Positions 47,840-57,954 of a stretch of DNA of 64,000 bases are shown one piece after another. The notes beneath the pieces were generated by a model. That model saw only the letters and a list, made by a program, of their open reading frames with translations. It did not search any database and was not told where the DNA came from. The stretch's first letter is position 1; each line of letters begins with the position of its first letter. Location of the stretch: the IMG/VR virus record IMGVR_UViG_3300033816_001043; one strand, given 5' to 3'. Source of the stretch: an uncultured virus (IMG/VR IMGVR_UViG_3300033816_001043). Its lineage: Duplodnaviria > Heunggongvirae > Uroviricota > Caudoviricetes. The translations under genes and the position numbers were made by a program.

Positions 47840-47924
47840 AAATGAATTTTACAATAAATATCACAAATAAAAATCCCCACCTTATTGATGGGGATGTGTC
47901 TGATAAATAGTTTAAAATTTATAA

Positions 47925-48836
47925 TTATAAAAGTATTGATTTTCCGTTGAATCTTCTTGCTTCAAAAAGTATATCTAATGTTGTCTCACCTTCGAAACTG
48001 AAATACCTTTCAAACATTTCACTCATTAAACCACCCAAGAATCCAGTAACATTACCTGCAGCCTTAGAAATACCACTACCAATATCACTTGCGGTTTTCG
48101 AAATTTGTGAACCAACATTTTGGGCTGTTTTTTTTGCTGTCTGATAAGCACCTGAAGCTAAAGATTTAGCTTGTTCCCAAGTTTTACCAACCTGTGCTTG
48201 AACTGTTGACCATTGTTGTTTAAGATAATCTCCGACCAAATTAGCAATTGTACCTATTTTAGATGCTCCACTTAATACTGCAGCATAAATCTTGTAACCA
48301 AATTGTTTTGCTTGACCAATAATCCATTTACCTAAGGTTACTGATGAATCTTTAAGGTTAGAAAGTTGTTGTCCTACATATTGAGCACCCTTATCAATTA
48401 ATATACCACCAGCTTTTAAAGTATCTACTGATTTCTTACCTAATTCAGTTGCCCCCCCAATAACTAATTTACCTGTTGATGATAATAATTTTAATAAAGC
48501 ATCGGATGTGGCTTTAGCTATTCTATAAACACCTTTACCAATCAACCAAATAACTGCAGCACCATATATTACAATTGTAAAGGTAATGTTACCCAAAGTC
48601 ACAATAGTTTGTTTACCAGCTTTCATTACTTGTTGTGCTCCACTAGATATAGCTTGACCGGCTACCTGAGCACCTTGTTTTACCGCAGTTACCGCCTGAC
48701 CTACAGCTTGTTTTGTTGCTTGAGCGGCCTTTTGACCTTGTTGTTGTCCTGCTTGATAAGATGTTGTTTGTTCGTCTATTATTTTTTTTATTAATCTTGT
48801 CAAATCAGATTCAGTTAGAGTTATAATCCTTTTCAT
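47925..48836 (-). CDS. Ala/Gly/Gln-rich helical protein with LTE leader
   Basis: 303 aa of amphipathic repeats. Confidence 0.7.
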   Translation of the reverse strand: MKRIITLTESDLTRLIKKIIDEQTTSYQAGQQQGQKAAQATKQAVGQAVTAVKQGAQVAGQAISSGAQQVMKAGKQTIVTLGNITFTIVIYGAAVIWLIGKGVYRIAKATSDALLKLLSSTGKLVIGGATELGKKSVDTLKAGGILIDKGAQYVGQQLSNLKDSSVTLGKWIIGQAKQFGYKIYAAVLSGASKIGTIANLVGDYLKQQWSTVQAQVGKTWEQAKSLASGAYQTAKKTAQNVGSQISKTASDIGSGISKAAGNVTGFLGGLMSEMFERYFSFEGETTLDILFEARRFNGKSILL

Positions 48837-48900
48837 TTTTATACTTTTTATAATTTTATTATTGTCTATAAATATATCATAAAAATAAAAAAATTACCCA

Positions 48901-49293
48901 TTATAAATTCAATATACCATCCTTGACTATTGTTTCATTTGGTAACCAAATCTTTATCTCAAAATTTTCAACCAGTTCCAATTCACCAATTTTTATTTTA
49001 TCCTTTAGGTTTGGTAAAGTTATAATCAATGTTTGATTATTAATCTGACTTTCAAAATTATATCGACCATTTTTTGCCAAAACATCCAAAATTTCATACC
49101 TAAGATTTGTTTTAACCATCAATTCCACCCTAACATATGTCTTGTCCCAAGTTAAAACAGATTTTTTACACTCCAAAGGGAATACAACCTCATTCACATT
49201 TACATTAAAAGACCTAATTAATGTTTTCTCGGATTGTCCAAAAGAGATATAACTACCAAGTAAAAAAACTAACAACAGAATTAAATTTTTCAT
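48901..49293 (-). CDS. secreted hypothetical protein
   Basis: signal peptide ending FG-Q. Confidence 0.6.
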   Translation of the reverse strand: MKNLILLLVFLLGSYISFGQSEKTLIRSFNVNVNEVVFPLECKKSVLTWDKTYVRVELMVKTNLRYEILDVLAKNGRYNFESQINNQTLIITLPNLKDKIKIGELELVENFEIKIWLPNETIVKDGILNL

Positions 49294-49419
49294 AATAAGA
49301 TTTTTTTTAATCGTTTATAGTTCAAATATAACTATAAATATCAAAAAAACAAATAAAATTCTGTGGATTACTTCAAAAATTGTAATTAAAAACCCACTCT
49401 TACTCAGGTGGGGTTTAAT

Positions 49420-49869
49420 TTACCTATAATAAAATTTATTTTGTATGAATTGTTCAATTATATCCCAATTATCTGAGTAATAATCTTCGTTGGAAATATA
49501 CGATGGCTCAAACTCATAATCATAATCTCTACCATCGTGAAATTCTTGCATACTTCCTGTCAATTCAAACATTTCACCATTATCTAATTCCTTTGTGAAT
49601 GTGACATCATCACCATCAAATTCAACATTACCATAAAACTTTTGTTCAAAATGAACTTGGATTGGGAAACTCTTACTGAAAATATTTTTTAATTCATTAT
49701 GTAATTGAACTTTGATAGCATTTTCTCTTTTGAAACTTTCCTCACCAGGAAGAATAATCTCAAGCATCTTGCCTGTGAAGTAAACATCAACAATTTCATT
49801 CTTAAATGATTTCTTGACATATCTTATTACAGCATCTTCAAATTGACTTTCAGTTATTATAATTTTCAT
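49420..49869 (-). CDS. hypothetical protein with MKIIITESQ leader
   Basis: start revised; ATGA overlap. Confidence 0.65.
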   Translation of the reverse strand: MKIIITESQFEDAVIRYVKKSFKNEIVDVYFTGKMLEIILPGEESFKRENAIKVQLHNELKNIFSKSFPIQVHFEQKFYGNVEFDGDDVTFTKELDNGEMFELTGSMQEFHDGRDYDYEFEPSYISNEDYYSDNWDIIEQFIQNKFYYR

Positions 49870-50309
49870 TCCCCACAATTTTTAATAAATGTATTTGTAA
49901 TTAATTCACCATAATTTTTGATAAGATAATGTTCCATTTGATAAAATATATTTTCAAACTCCATATCTTCTTCATCAATATTATAATGAGAAGTAAAATT
50001 AAAATTATTATAACAAAACTCATTAATTGCCTCAGTTACGACAATAAGAAATTGACTTGGGGTTTCATAAAGGTCACACATACCAATTTTCTTATCGAAG
50101 TCATAAACTTTATGAAATTTATTTTCCATATAGAAATCAATTAAATCAGTAATTCTTTTATCCTCCAACTCGAAACCAAATCTATCAATAAATTGATTTG
50201 TATCCATACCCATCATTCTGGCCGTATTATAGATACCATCTTCCATAACCTTTTTGGATATGGTTTGTTTTAATTTCTCCAACTTACTTTCCGAAATAAT
50301 AATTCTCAT
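49866..50309 (-). CDS. hypothetical protein with MRIIISES leader
   Basis: N-region resembles 61765 and 63110. Confidence 0.65.
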   Translation of the reverse strand: MRIIISESKLEKLKQTISKKVMEDGIYNTARMMGMDTNQFIDRFGFELEDKRITDLIDFYMENKFHKVYDFDKKIGMCDLYETPSQFLIVVTEAINEFCYNNFNFTSHYNIDEEDMEFENIFYQMEHYLIKNYGELITNTFIKNCGE

Positions 50310-50321
50310 ATACAATATATA

Positions 50322-50609
50322 TTAACAATTTCCAACATAAGAACCGATGTGAAAATTAATACCTGAAAATATTGTTTTCAATTCCTCTTTTATTTCTTTT
50401 TTTAATCTAACAACATCAATCCAAAAATCATCAGTATTATTTTCATCCCTCCAATCTTGAGATATTATAGCCATTATCCAAAACACATCATCCTCATCAT
50501 AACCATCAACCTCAAAACGACATATCTTACCTGAATATCTATTTAATAATTTATCCAAATACTTTTGTAATACTCTATCAAATTGATTCTCGTTAATTCT
50601 AATCTTCAT
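50322..50609 (-). CDS. hypothetical protein with MKIRINENQ leader
   Basis: ORF. Confidence 0.65.
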   Translation of the reverse strand: MKIRINENQFDRVLQKYLDKLLNRYSGKICRFEVDGYDEDDVFWIMAIISQDWRDENNTDDFWIDVVRLKKEIKEELKTIFSGINFHIGSYVGNC

Positions 50610-50922
50610 ATATTATATCGTTGAAAAATAATTTTATATTTGGGAAATGTGTACCAATTAAATATTGAATTGTTGCTCTAATATTATCAAAATCCTCTCT
50701 ATTACCACTAACATAAAAATTAAGATAAACATTTAATCCTGTATATGGCACAATTCTATCAATCTCAATTCTCTTAACAGATTCCAACTCCTCCAATTCA
50801 TCCATCTCACCCAATCCCCAATCCTGAGATTCTTCTCTCAAATTATCCAATTCACCATCAATCAAATTTTGAATGTGTTTTTTGAATTTCTCCAATTGTT
50901 TATCCGTGATTTCTACTTTCAT
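50599..50922 (-). CDS. hypothetical protein with MKVEITDKQ leader
   Basis: ORF. Confidence 0.65.
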   Translation of the reverse strand: MKVEITDKQLEKFKKHIQNLIDGELDNLREESQDWGLGEMDELEELESVKRIEIDRIVPYTGLNVYLNFYVSGNREDFDNIRATIQYLIGTHFPNIKLFFNDIIYED

Positions 50923-51106
50923 AATATATAAATATCTTAAATAAAAAACCCAACTTTTATTGTTGGGTTGTTAAACATTTTTTCAAAACCTCTTTATTCT
51001 CATTCATTCTTTTCAAGGTTTTCTTAAATGATTTTTTACTTTGTCTTTTGTTTCTTGGAACTCTTTTATTCTTTGCCATAATTTTTTAATATAAATATAC
51101 TTCTAT

Positions 51107-51146
51107 AAAAAAAAGGTTAGGGACTCAATACGAGTGAAACAAGGAA
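51107..51146 (+). repeat. about 45-bp dispersed repeat; copies at 54194-54240, 54706-54750, 55449-55495
   Basis: approximate consensus AAAAAGGGGTTGGGGATTTGAATACGAGTGAAACGAGAAAAT. Confidence 0.75.
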
Positions 51147-51161
51147 ATCATCAGATAATAT

Positions 51162-51812
51162 TTAATTATTTTGGTGTTTAAAAGAAAAAGGTCTTTTTAT
51201 TATTTGACAACACTTTTTACACAACCATTTTTTTTCTTTATCTATTTGTTTGATAGTCCCTTTAGCATCATTCATCAAACATTCATTATCAAAATCACAA
51301 TGTTCTAAACCTAAATTATGACCTATTTCATGTAAACATACTTTTTCAACCCTTTCTTTTATAATTTCTTTAGATACATTTTTTTTCATTCTGAATGTTG
51401 ATACAACACAAGTGTTTCCAGGTCTATATCCCAAACCAAGAATACCCCATTCATCAATCATACCCTTTTTCATTGTAATATCAATTTCAGTAATAATTAA
51501 TAGATTTTGATTTGAGTCAAATTTTTTTAATATTGTACTTGCACAATATCTTTTTTTACTTTTGGAAAGTAAATCATCAGTTAATTCAACACGTGGTTTT
51601 ATTTCACACTTATAATTGTAAAAGGACTCAACTGAATTTTTGATGATGTTTAAATATTCTGGTGAAACATCACCTAAAGGTAGGATATTAATTTTTGGTT
51701 TAATATCTGTTTTTTTAATATTTTTAGATATCTTTTCATTTGTTGGTTTACACGATAATAGAAATATTGATGTCACCAAAATTGTTGTAAGTATTATAAT
51801 TGTATTTTTCAT
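51162..51812 (-). CDS. archaemetzincin-like metalloprotease lipoprotein
   Basis: LLSC lipobox; HEIGHNLGLEHC...CLM...LCKKC. Confidence 0.8.
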   Translation of the reverse strand: MKNTIIILTTILVTSIFLLSCKPTNEKISKNIKKTDIKPKINILPLGDVSPEYLNIIKNSVESFYNYKCEIKPRVELTDDLLSKSKKRYCASTILKKFDSNQNLLIITEIDITMKKGMIDEWGILGLGYRPGNTCVVSTFRMKKNVSKEIIKERVEKVCLHEIGHNLGLEHCDFDNECLMNDAKGTIKQIDKEKKWLCKKCCQIIKRPFSFKHQNN

Positions 51813-51864
51813 AATACAAAGATAATAAACAAAGACCTAACTACAAAAGATTTTCTTATTGTAA

Positions 51865-52935
51865 TTACACAAAATTACTAGTACCTTGAGCCCCAAGTGA
51901 TTGAGGAGATGGGCATACCTCACTATTTAACATTTTATCGAAATAATTTTTAGAATTATCAACCAAATAGTTCTCATTGGATTCTGATAATACAAAAACT
52001 TTAGCTTTATCCCAATATTTTTGTAAAATATTCAAAAATTCTGTTGTTAAATTTATGCAACCATATGATAAATCTAAATTTAAACCACCAGTGGATACCG
52101 CATTTATAAATTCCTTTTTTGCCTCAGGGTTTTTAACATCTCCCAAAAACTTTTTTGCCTTTTGTAATACTAATGTTCGTGGTTGTTCTAGGTAATAACC
52201 ATGAATTGCTTGTGTGTATTGTTTGTTATTTTGAACCAAATGTTTTATATTATTTATCTTTCCCGCATACGATGCGTCACTCGTAATCGTACCCATATCA
52301 TAAACACCAGGAGAGGTAAACCTCTTGTTATTTCTATCTATCCAATCATACACATAATCATGATTGTATTTTCTATTCTGACTTGTTTGGTCAACATATC
52401 CCTTACCATTAATCCATTTAAAACCCGCTTTGATAGCTGACTCATCCCAAGATAACATAGCATTTGCTATATCCGTAGGGTTAGTGGGTTGTTTGTTTTT
52501 TCCTGAAATAATTACATCTTTCGCAATAAAATTACCATTCGGGTCAAACAGATATATCAATTGATTTAAAGTGTCAACTACAATCAAATTATAAGTTCTC
52601 ATCAATGGTCTAATACAATTCAAAGCAATTTCACAAGAAATTCTATCATTCTTTATTGTTTTATAATACATTTCAGCTCTTTTATTTATTAAATTATTAA
52701 TATAATTCCAAATAGTTGTATCAACTGTAATCGATGGTAAATTAAGTTGTTTTTTGTAAAAATCGTAAATATTTTCAATATCAACAATTTGTTTAGAGTC
52801 CTTATTAATATAAGGACAAAATTGTTTTTGTCTCTCTGATGATTTTTTAATTTCAGGTTTTGATTCTTGTTCACTCAAAATACCATACAATAATTTGATT
52901 AAAACCTTTTCCTCCTCCGTAATTCTAACTTTCAT
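51865..52935 (-). CDS. L,D-transpeptidase (YkuD)-like protein with ITE leader
   Basis: IVVD...LIYLF, TSPGVY, AIHG, SYGCIN. Confidence 0.6.
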   Translation of the reverse strand: MKVRITEEEKVLIKLLYGILSEQESKPEIKKSSERQKQFCPYINKDSKQIVDIENIYDFYKKQLNLPSITVDTTIWNYINNLINKRAEMYYKTIKNDRISCEIALNCIRPLMRTYNLIVVDTLNQLIYLFDPNGNFIAKDVIISGKNKQPTNPTDIANAMLSWDESAIKAGFKWINGKGYVDQTSQNRKYNHDYVYDWIDRNNKRFTSPGVYDMGTITSDASYAGKINNIKHLVQNNKQYTQAIHGYYLEQPRTLVLQKAKKFLGDVKNPEAKKEFINAVSTGGLNLDLSYGCINLTTEFLNILQKYWDKAKVFVLSESNENYLVDNSKNYFDKMLNSEVCPSPQSLGAQGTSNFV

Positions 52936-53005
52936 AAATTTTTATTTATAAATATATCAGTCAAATAATAATCCCCACCTATGTAAGAGTGGGGATTATT
53001 AAATT

Positions 53006-53623
53006 TTAAACCAACCTTCTAATTATTTCTCGTATCTTGGCTTCAGATATATTTGTACCTCCACCATCCAACTTATCAGTAAAACCTTTCAACTTATCAA
53101 ATGCTGGATGAGAAGATATTGGTTCTTTTTTTGCATCCTTCATAACATCCCAAGTTGATGGCTTAATCTTCATATGGTTTTTAACCAAATATTTTATTTC
53201 ATCAACATCAGTTCCTTCATAAGATTCAACCCAATCTCTAAATTGTTCAACATATTTTTCTGATTTATCTTCATGTCCATATGCGGTAGGTTCTCCTGTC
53301 TTAGGATTAATTCCATAGGTATCCATTTTACCCAAATCATGAAATAATGCGGTCATTATCATATTGGGGTCATCAGGATAATGATGATACGCCCTCTTGA
53401 TTACAACCAAAATATGTTTTAATGAATTACCCTCAGGATGCCATTTTGGATTCTGTTTTGCATCCCATTGTTTGAATAATAATTCTTTTAATTCTTGGGG
53501 TAAATCATCATATAATTCTCTATACGATTTTGGAAATTCTTTTTTGTTTTCTTCCATTTCATTTATTGTTTGTTTAACCAAACTTAATAAATCTCTTTCA
53601 GTTAGTCTAATTATTTTTTTCAT
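53006..53623 (-). CDS. HD-domain phosphohydrolase (like the HD domain of CCA-adding enzymes) with LTE leader
   Basis: QNPKWHPEG..LKH, ALFHDLGK, YGHE, VKNHM. Confidence 0.8.
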   Translation of the reverse strand: MKKIIRLTERDLLSLVKQTINEMEENKKEFPKSYRELYDDLPQELKELLFKQWDAKQNPKWHPEGNSLKHILVVIKRAYHHYPDDPNMIMTALFHDLGKMDTYGINPKTGEPTAYGHEDKSEKYVEQFRDWVESYEGTDVDEIKYLVKNHMKIKPSTWDVMKDAKKEPISSHPAFDKLKGFTDKLDGGGTNISEAKIREIIRRLV

Positions 53624-53626
53624 ATT

Positions 53627-54163
53627 TTAGTTTTTATTTATAAAGTCATTATATACATTCTCATCAAAGAAAAATCTACCCCCCAATTCCACAGAATTAA
53701 CACCATAGTCATATCTATAATCATTATCAAGATATGCCTTGATTAAATCACCACCATCCACAGTTATGGTTACCAATGGAGAACCCTTTTTTTCATATGA
53801 AACATCATCATCCACCCTTTCCTCATTTCCCTCACCAATATATTCAAAGTCATCATTCATAAAACCCAATAACATATCAACCTCTTGCTTTAATCTTTCA
53901 GGATTTATATAATCACCATAGTTAGAAAAGAAATCATCAATTTCATCCTTAAATTGTTCATAGGTAGGATATTCACTTGATTCATCATCATTTGTCATTT
54001 CAAATTCATCATCACCATCCATTTCCATTAATGGTTTTACATTTCCCAAACTTGATTTCAATAATTTATTGAATTTTTGTGTTTCAACAATCAAGGAATT
54101 ATTATATTGTTCCAAGATTCTATTTTTTTCTTCACCAGATAAATCGTTTAATAAATGTTTCAT
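53627..54163 (-). CDS. acidic hypothetical protein
   Basis: LSGEEKNRILEQY leader variant. Confidence 0.65.
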   Translation of the reverse strand: MKHLLNDLSGEEKNRILEQYNNSLIVETQKFNKLLKSSLGNVKPLMEMDGDDEFEMTNDDESSEYPTYEQFKDEIDDFFSNYGDYINPERLKQEVDMLLGFMNDDFEYIGEGNEERVDDDVSYEKKGSPLVTITVDGGDLIKAYLDNDYRYDYGVNSVELGGRFFFDENVYNDFINKN

Positions 54164-54240
54164 AATTTTTTATTTATAAATATATTTTATTTCAAAAAAG
54201 GGGTTGGGGATTGAATACGACCGAAGGGAGAAAAATTATA

Positions 54241-54675
54241 TTATAATAACCCCATTATCGATTTAATCTCCATCTTCAATTTATCAAAATCAGGCATCTT
54301 AAAATAACCCTGCCATACCAATGTCTTCCCATTCTCCATATTCATTGTCGTACCCACTCCATTAATTAATTTCTTTGACAGTTCAACATTAGATGTGGGA
54401 CTAGTAACAAACAAACGATATGTACTCTCATCATCAACAATCTTAGGTCCAACCTTCAACTCTAATTCCCCACCATTCTTACCCTTATAATATAATTGAT
54501 TGTTGACAAAAACCATCCCCAATTCCTTACCAATCTTTTCCATATCAATCTTACCTTGAAAGGTGGGAACACCAGGAGGAGCTTGGTCAATATACAAATC
54601 AACATTCTGCTCAGAAATTATTCTATTTACCAATTTAATTAATTCACCCTCTGTTAATCTTATAATTCTTTTCAT
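54241..54675 (-). CDS. hypothetical protein with LTE...IISEQ leader
   Basis: ORF. Confidence 0.7.
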   Translation of the reverse strand: MKRIIRLTEGELIKLVNRIISEQNVDLYIDQAPPGVPTFQGKIDMEKIGKELGMVFVNNQLYYKGKNGGELELKVGPKIVDDESTYRLFVTSPTSNVELSKKLINGVGTTMNMENGKTLVWQGYFKMPDFDKLKMEIKSIMGLL

Positions 54676-54783
54676 AAATCAATTTTAATATAAATATACA
54701 AAATTAAAAAGGGGCTGGGGATTTGAATACGAGTGAAACGAGAAAATATAAAACCCCACTCTATAATGAATGGGGAAACTAAT

Positions 54784-55326
54784 TTACCTAATAATAAGAT
54801 TAGGATTTATCTTTATGTTTTCAAATATAGTGTCAAAATTATAAATGATGATATTTCTACTTTCATAATCAGTAATATCCTTTATGTAATAACCAGTAGT
54901 TGCCGACAAACTATTATGTTCCATCTTGGTTACTGTCACCGTAACATTGTACTTATATAAAAAATCAGTAAACTCCTCAATCGTCATATCAGGGTTTTGT
55001 TGAAGATATTCCAATAACAACACAACAATAACAACCCTATTAACAACATGCTCCTTAACTATCTTAAACTCATCCTTTTTAAGTTCACTAATCATCCCAT
55101 TCTTTTTCATTTCCTTTATCACTTTCTCCAATTCAATTACACCAACAGATTTTAATCCAGTATCAAAAAAAGAAACATCAAATATCTGACTCCTTAATGA
55201 ACTAACCAAAGCATCGTATAATATAATATCATTATTCCTAGCTTCAATACAATCTTTTAAACATCCTTTGATAAGAATATAACAAGCTTTAATTCTTACT
55301 TGCTGACTTGGACTTAATTTTTTCAT
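54784..55326 (-). CDS. hypothetical protein (start revised)
   Basis: promoter at 55357. Confidence 0.6.
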   Translation of the reverse strand: MKKLSPSQQVRIKACYILIKGCLKDCIEARNNDIILYDALVSSLRSQIFDVSFFDTGLKSVGVIELEKVIKEMKKNGMISELKKDEFKIVKEHVVNRVVIVVLLLEYLQQNPDMTIEEFTDFLYKYNVTVTVTKMEHNSLSATTGYYIKDITDYESRNIIIYNFDTIFENIKINPNLIIR

Positions 55327-55491
55327 TTTAGTATTTTTTTTTGTTAGTAATCTCAACAAAGATATTACTATTTCACAATTTCTAAAATTTTTCCAAAAAT
55401 ATTTTTTTTACAATTTCACTTATATTTGTACACATCAGATTTTTTCCCAAAAAATGGGTTGGGGATTTGAATACGAGTGATAACGAGAAAA

Positions 55492-56241
55492 TTATAATTC
55501 CGCAATTTGTTGCTCAATTAATTCTTTATATAACGGATGTTCTTTATACTCTTTCAATAGGCTAAAATAAAAATTAATCTTTTCATCTATCCTTTGTCCC
55601 GCAGGTTGTGATGTATCCCATAACTCCAAATTCTCAATTCTATTGTCAGTCCTTATCCCATTTATATGATGTATGTTTTGGTGGGGTAATAATTTGATTC
55701 CGTAGTGTTGTTCATATATAACCCTATGTTCTCGCATCCCTCTGAATTCACCATGTCTATATTCAAGATATCCCTTCCCATTAACTATTGGTTCACCCCC
55801 CTTCCAATTATAATGATTAGACCCCGACATTCTTTCACTAACAATATCTTTAACCAAACATCCACAAGACCTTGTTGGATTTTGTTTTTTTGTCAAATCC
55901 TTTCTGAAAACATCCACCTCATTACCACAATCACATTGACATTTCCATTTAACACCATAGTTCTTTACCGACTCAACAAATTCAGTAACAACTAATCTAC
56001 CTACCCTCATACCTATTATATTGTCAATTCCTTTTTCCTTTTTTACATAGGTTTTTTTGTGACGTTCTTTTCGCTTGAGCAATATTGATTCTTTGTTTTT
56101 TTCATATTCATTTTTCTTTCTAATACTAGTACAAGGTTTACAATAACTAGCCTTACCATATGTCCCCTTTTTGTCATTGAAAAAATCATCCAGTACCTTC
56201 CCAATTTTACAAGAACTACACACTTTTTTTACTCCACACAT
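55492..56241 (-). CDS. HNH homing endonuclease with Zn-finger modules
   Basis: WKCQCDCG, RSCGC, EHR...HHINGIRTDNRIENLELW. Confidence 0.85.
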   Translation of the reverse strand: MCGVKKVCSSCKIGKVLDDFFNDKKGTYGKASYCKPCTSIRKKNEYEKNKESILLKRKERHKKTYVKKEKGIDNIIGMRVGRLVVTEFVESVKNYGVKWKCQCDCGNEVDVFRKDLTKKQNPTRSCGCLVKDIVSERMSGSNHYNWKGGEPIVNGKGYLEYRHGEFRGMREHRVIYEQHYGIKLLPHQNIHHINGIRTDNRIENLELWDTSQPAGQRIDEKINFYFSLLKEYKEHPLYKELIEQQIAEL

Positions 56242-56707
56242 ATTATTCGATTTTTTTAAAGATAGGAGTAATTTTCCAATTTCCCAAAATTTTTTTTTCA
56301 ATATAGGGACATTTTTCCAATTTTCAGAATTTTTTCCATAAATATTTTTTCACCCATATACTTTGTTTAGGGGATTGTCCCCCCTTTTTACGAAAAATAC
56401 GACAAATATAGGGAGGGGGGATACGGAGGAGGGGGGTATATACCCATACCACCCCCCATATAGGCCACCAACCCCACCCATACCATTTCAAACAATCAAA
56501 TAAAATAGATAGCCCCTCCTATGTCAAATGAAACCCTATGACAATATGACATAGGTAATGCTCTCGTATATGATGGGGATATGAACATAGTTATCCACTG
56601 ACAAGATGACAATGTGGATAACAATAATAAAATAAAGATGGGGGAATGTTTGGTAATGCCGGCACCATATATTACCTTTGTTGTTCACACTTAAATCAAG
56701 AACCAAT

Positions 56708-57082
56708 ATGAAGAAGACATTATTATTAATGTTGGTTGGGGGTTCATTGTATTCTCAGGGAATAGATTGTTCGAGTATGTTCAACCCCACCAATAAGACC
56801 ATTCAATTAATTGACTCACTTAATATGAGTGAGATGACCTATCGTGTACAGGTTGTATCATCATCCTATGTAGACAGGAATAAGTTTGGTAAGTATTTGA
56901 GGACGCATAGATGTGAGGTGGACTATTGTTTATTACCGAGTGGTAGGGAAGTATATAGATATACCATATCCCCAACCATTGTTAATAGTTATACTGAGGC
57001 ATTGAAGTTGATGGAGGTATTGAATAGGACTTATGATAATCCGTTTGTGGTAATGTATCGCAAGGGGAAAAGAATTAATTAG
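56708..57082 (+). CDS. secreted protein, possibly SPOR-like (start revised)
   Basis: signal peptide; YRVQV...YRYT...FVVMY. Confidence 0.5.
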   Translation: MKKTLLLMLVGGSLYSQGIDCSSMFNPTNKTIQLIDSLNMSEMTYRVQVVSSSYVDRNKFGKYLRTHRCEVDYCLLPSGREVYRYTISPTIVNSYTEALKLMEVLNRTYDNPFVVMYRKGKRIN

Positions 57083-57141
57083 AAATGTTTTGTAGTGTGG
57101 GGATGGTTTATTATCTTTGTTGTATCACAAACACCACCACT

Positions 57142-57510
57142 ATGATTGAAAACATTGTAAAGAAACTTATGAAGGGAAAGACATTTACTTGTCAGGGATA
57201 TGGATTGACCATTACTTACAAGGTGAATGTTAATGTGAAGATTGATAGTAGACATTGGAAGGGAGAGTATAAGTATATTGATTTGAACATCAAGGTGATT
57301 GAATGTGTTAGAAGTGGTTATGGTCGTAATATTACCTTATTTAAGAATGGTAGGGGTAATAGGAGTGACTATAGAGATGTACAGGATATTGTTAGACAAG
57401 ATATGAATAAGTGGGTGTCCCCAATCTTCTCTACACATTTTTATAGAAACTATTACACATTAATTACGCATCTTACTGAGATTAGAATAAACCGTTATAC
57501 ATATAGTTAA
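57142..57510 (+). CDS. hypothetical protein (start revised)
   Basis: TATCTTTG promoter at 57112. Confidence 0.6.
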   Translation: MIENIVKKLMKGKTFTCQGYGLTITYKVNVNVKIDSRHWKGEYKYIDLNIKVIECVRSGYGRNITLFKNGRGNRSDYRDVQDIVRQDMNKWVSPIFSTHFYRNYYTLITHLTEIRINRYTYS

Positions 57511-57630
57511 TATGATTTACTTAATAGTAATACCGACCATCCTCGTTTTAATATGGTGGTTTATCTTTTATCTTGGGGAGAAAGTTTCCAAGAGATATCC
57601 CACCTCTTTGTTTGCCAAGTTTTGGAATAA

Positions 57631-57954
57631 CTACATTTGTATGGGTATTCCTGATAACGAGGATATGTAATCTTTTAGTTTGGCAAGAGAATCAGTTCTT
57701 ATCTCCATTTGGAGCTTGGTTAAATCCCCCTCGTTGAGTGGGGATTTTTCATTTATATAATCTATGATTTCGAACATATATACTTGTGTCAGCAGATAGA
57801 CAGGTTCAGTTTGGTATTTGGACCTTTGTTCCCATTCTTTATAATTACATCCCCCTACTATTGTCATTGTATCTTCTTGTATTGTGTATATAACATGATA
57901 CTCCTTGTCTACTTGTTCTATTATGGTGGGGATATTGGATAGATAATTGTTCAT
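57631..57954 (-). CDS. hypothetical protein
   Basis: ORF. Confidence 0.5.
   Translation of the reverse strand: MNNYLSNIPTIIEQVDKEYHVIYTIQEDTMTIVGGCNYKEWEQRSKYQTEPVYLLTQVYMFEIIDYINEKSPLNEGDLTKLQMEIRTDSLAKLKDYISSLSGIPIQM

Noticed and set aside
51107..55495. CRISPR array
   Set aside because: Repeat copies are separated by whole genes; no regular spacers or cas genes.
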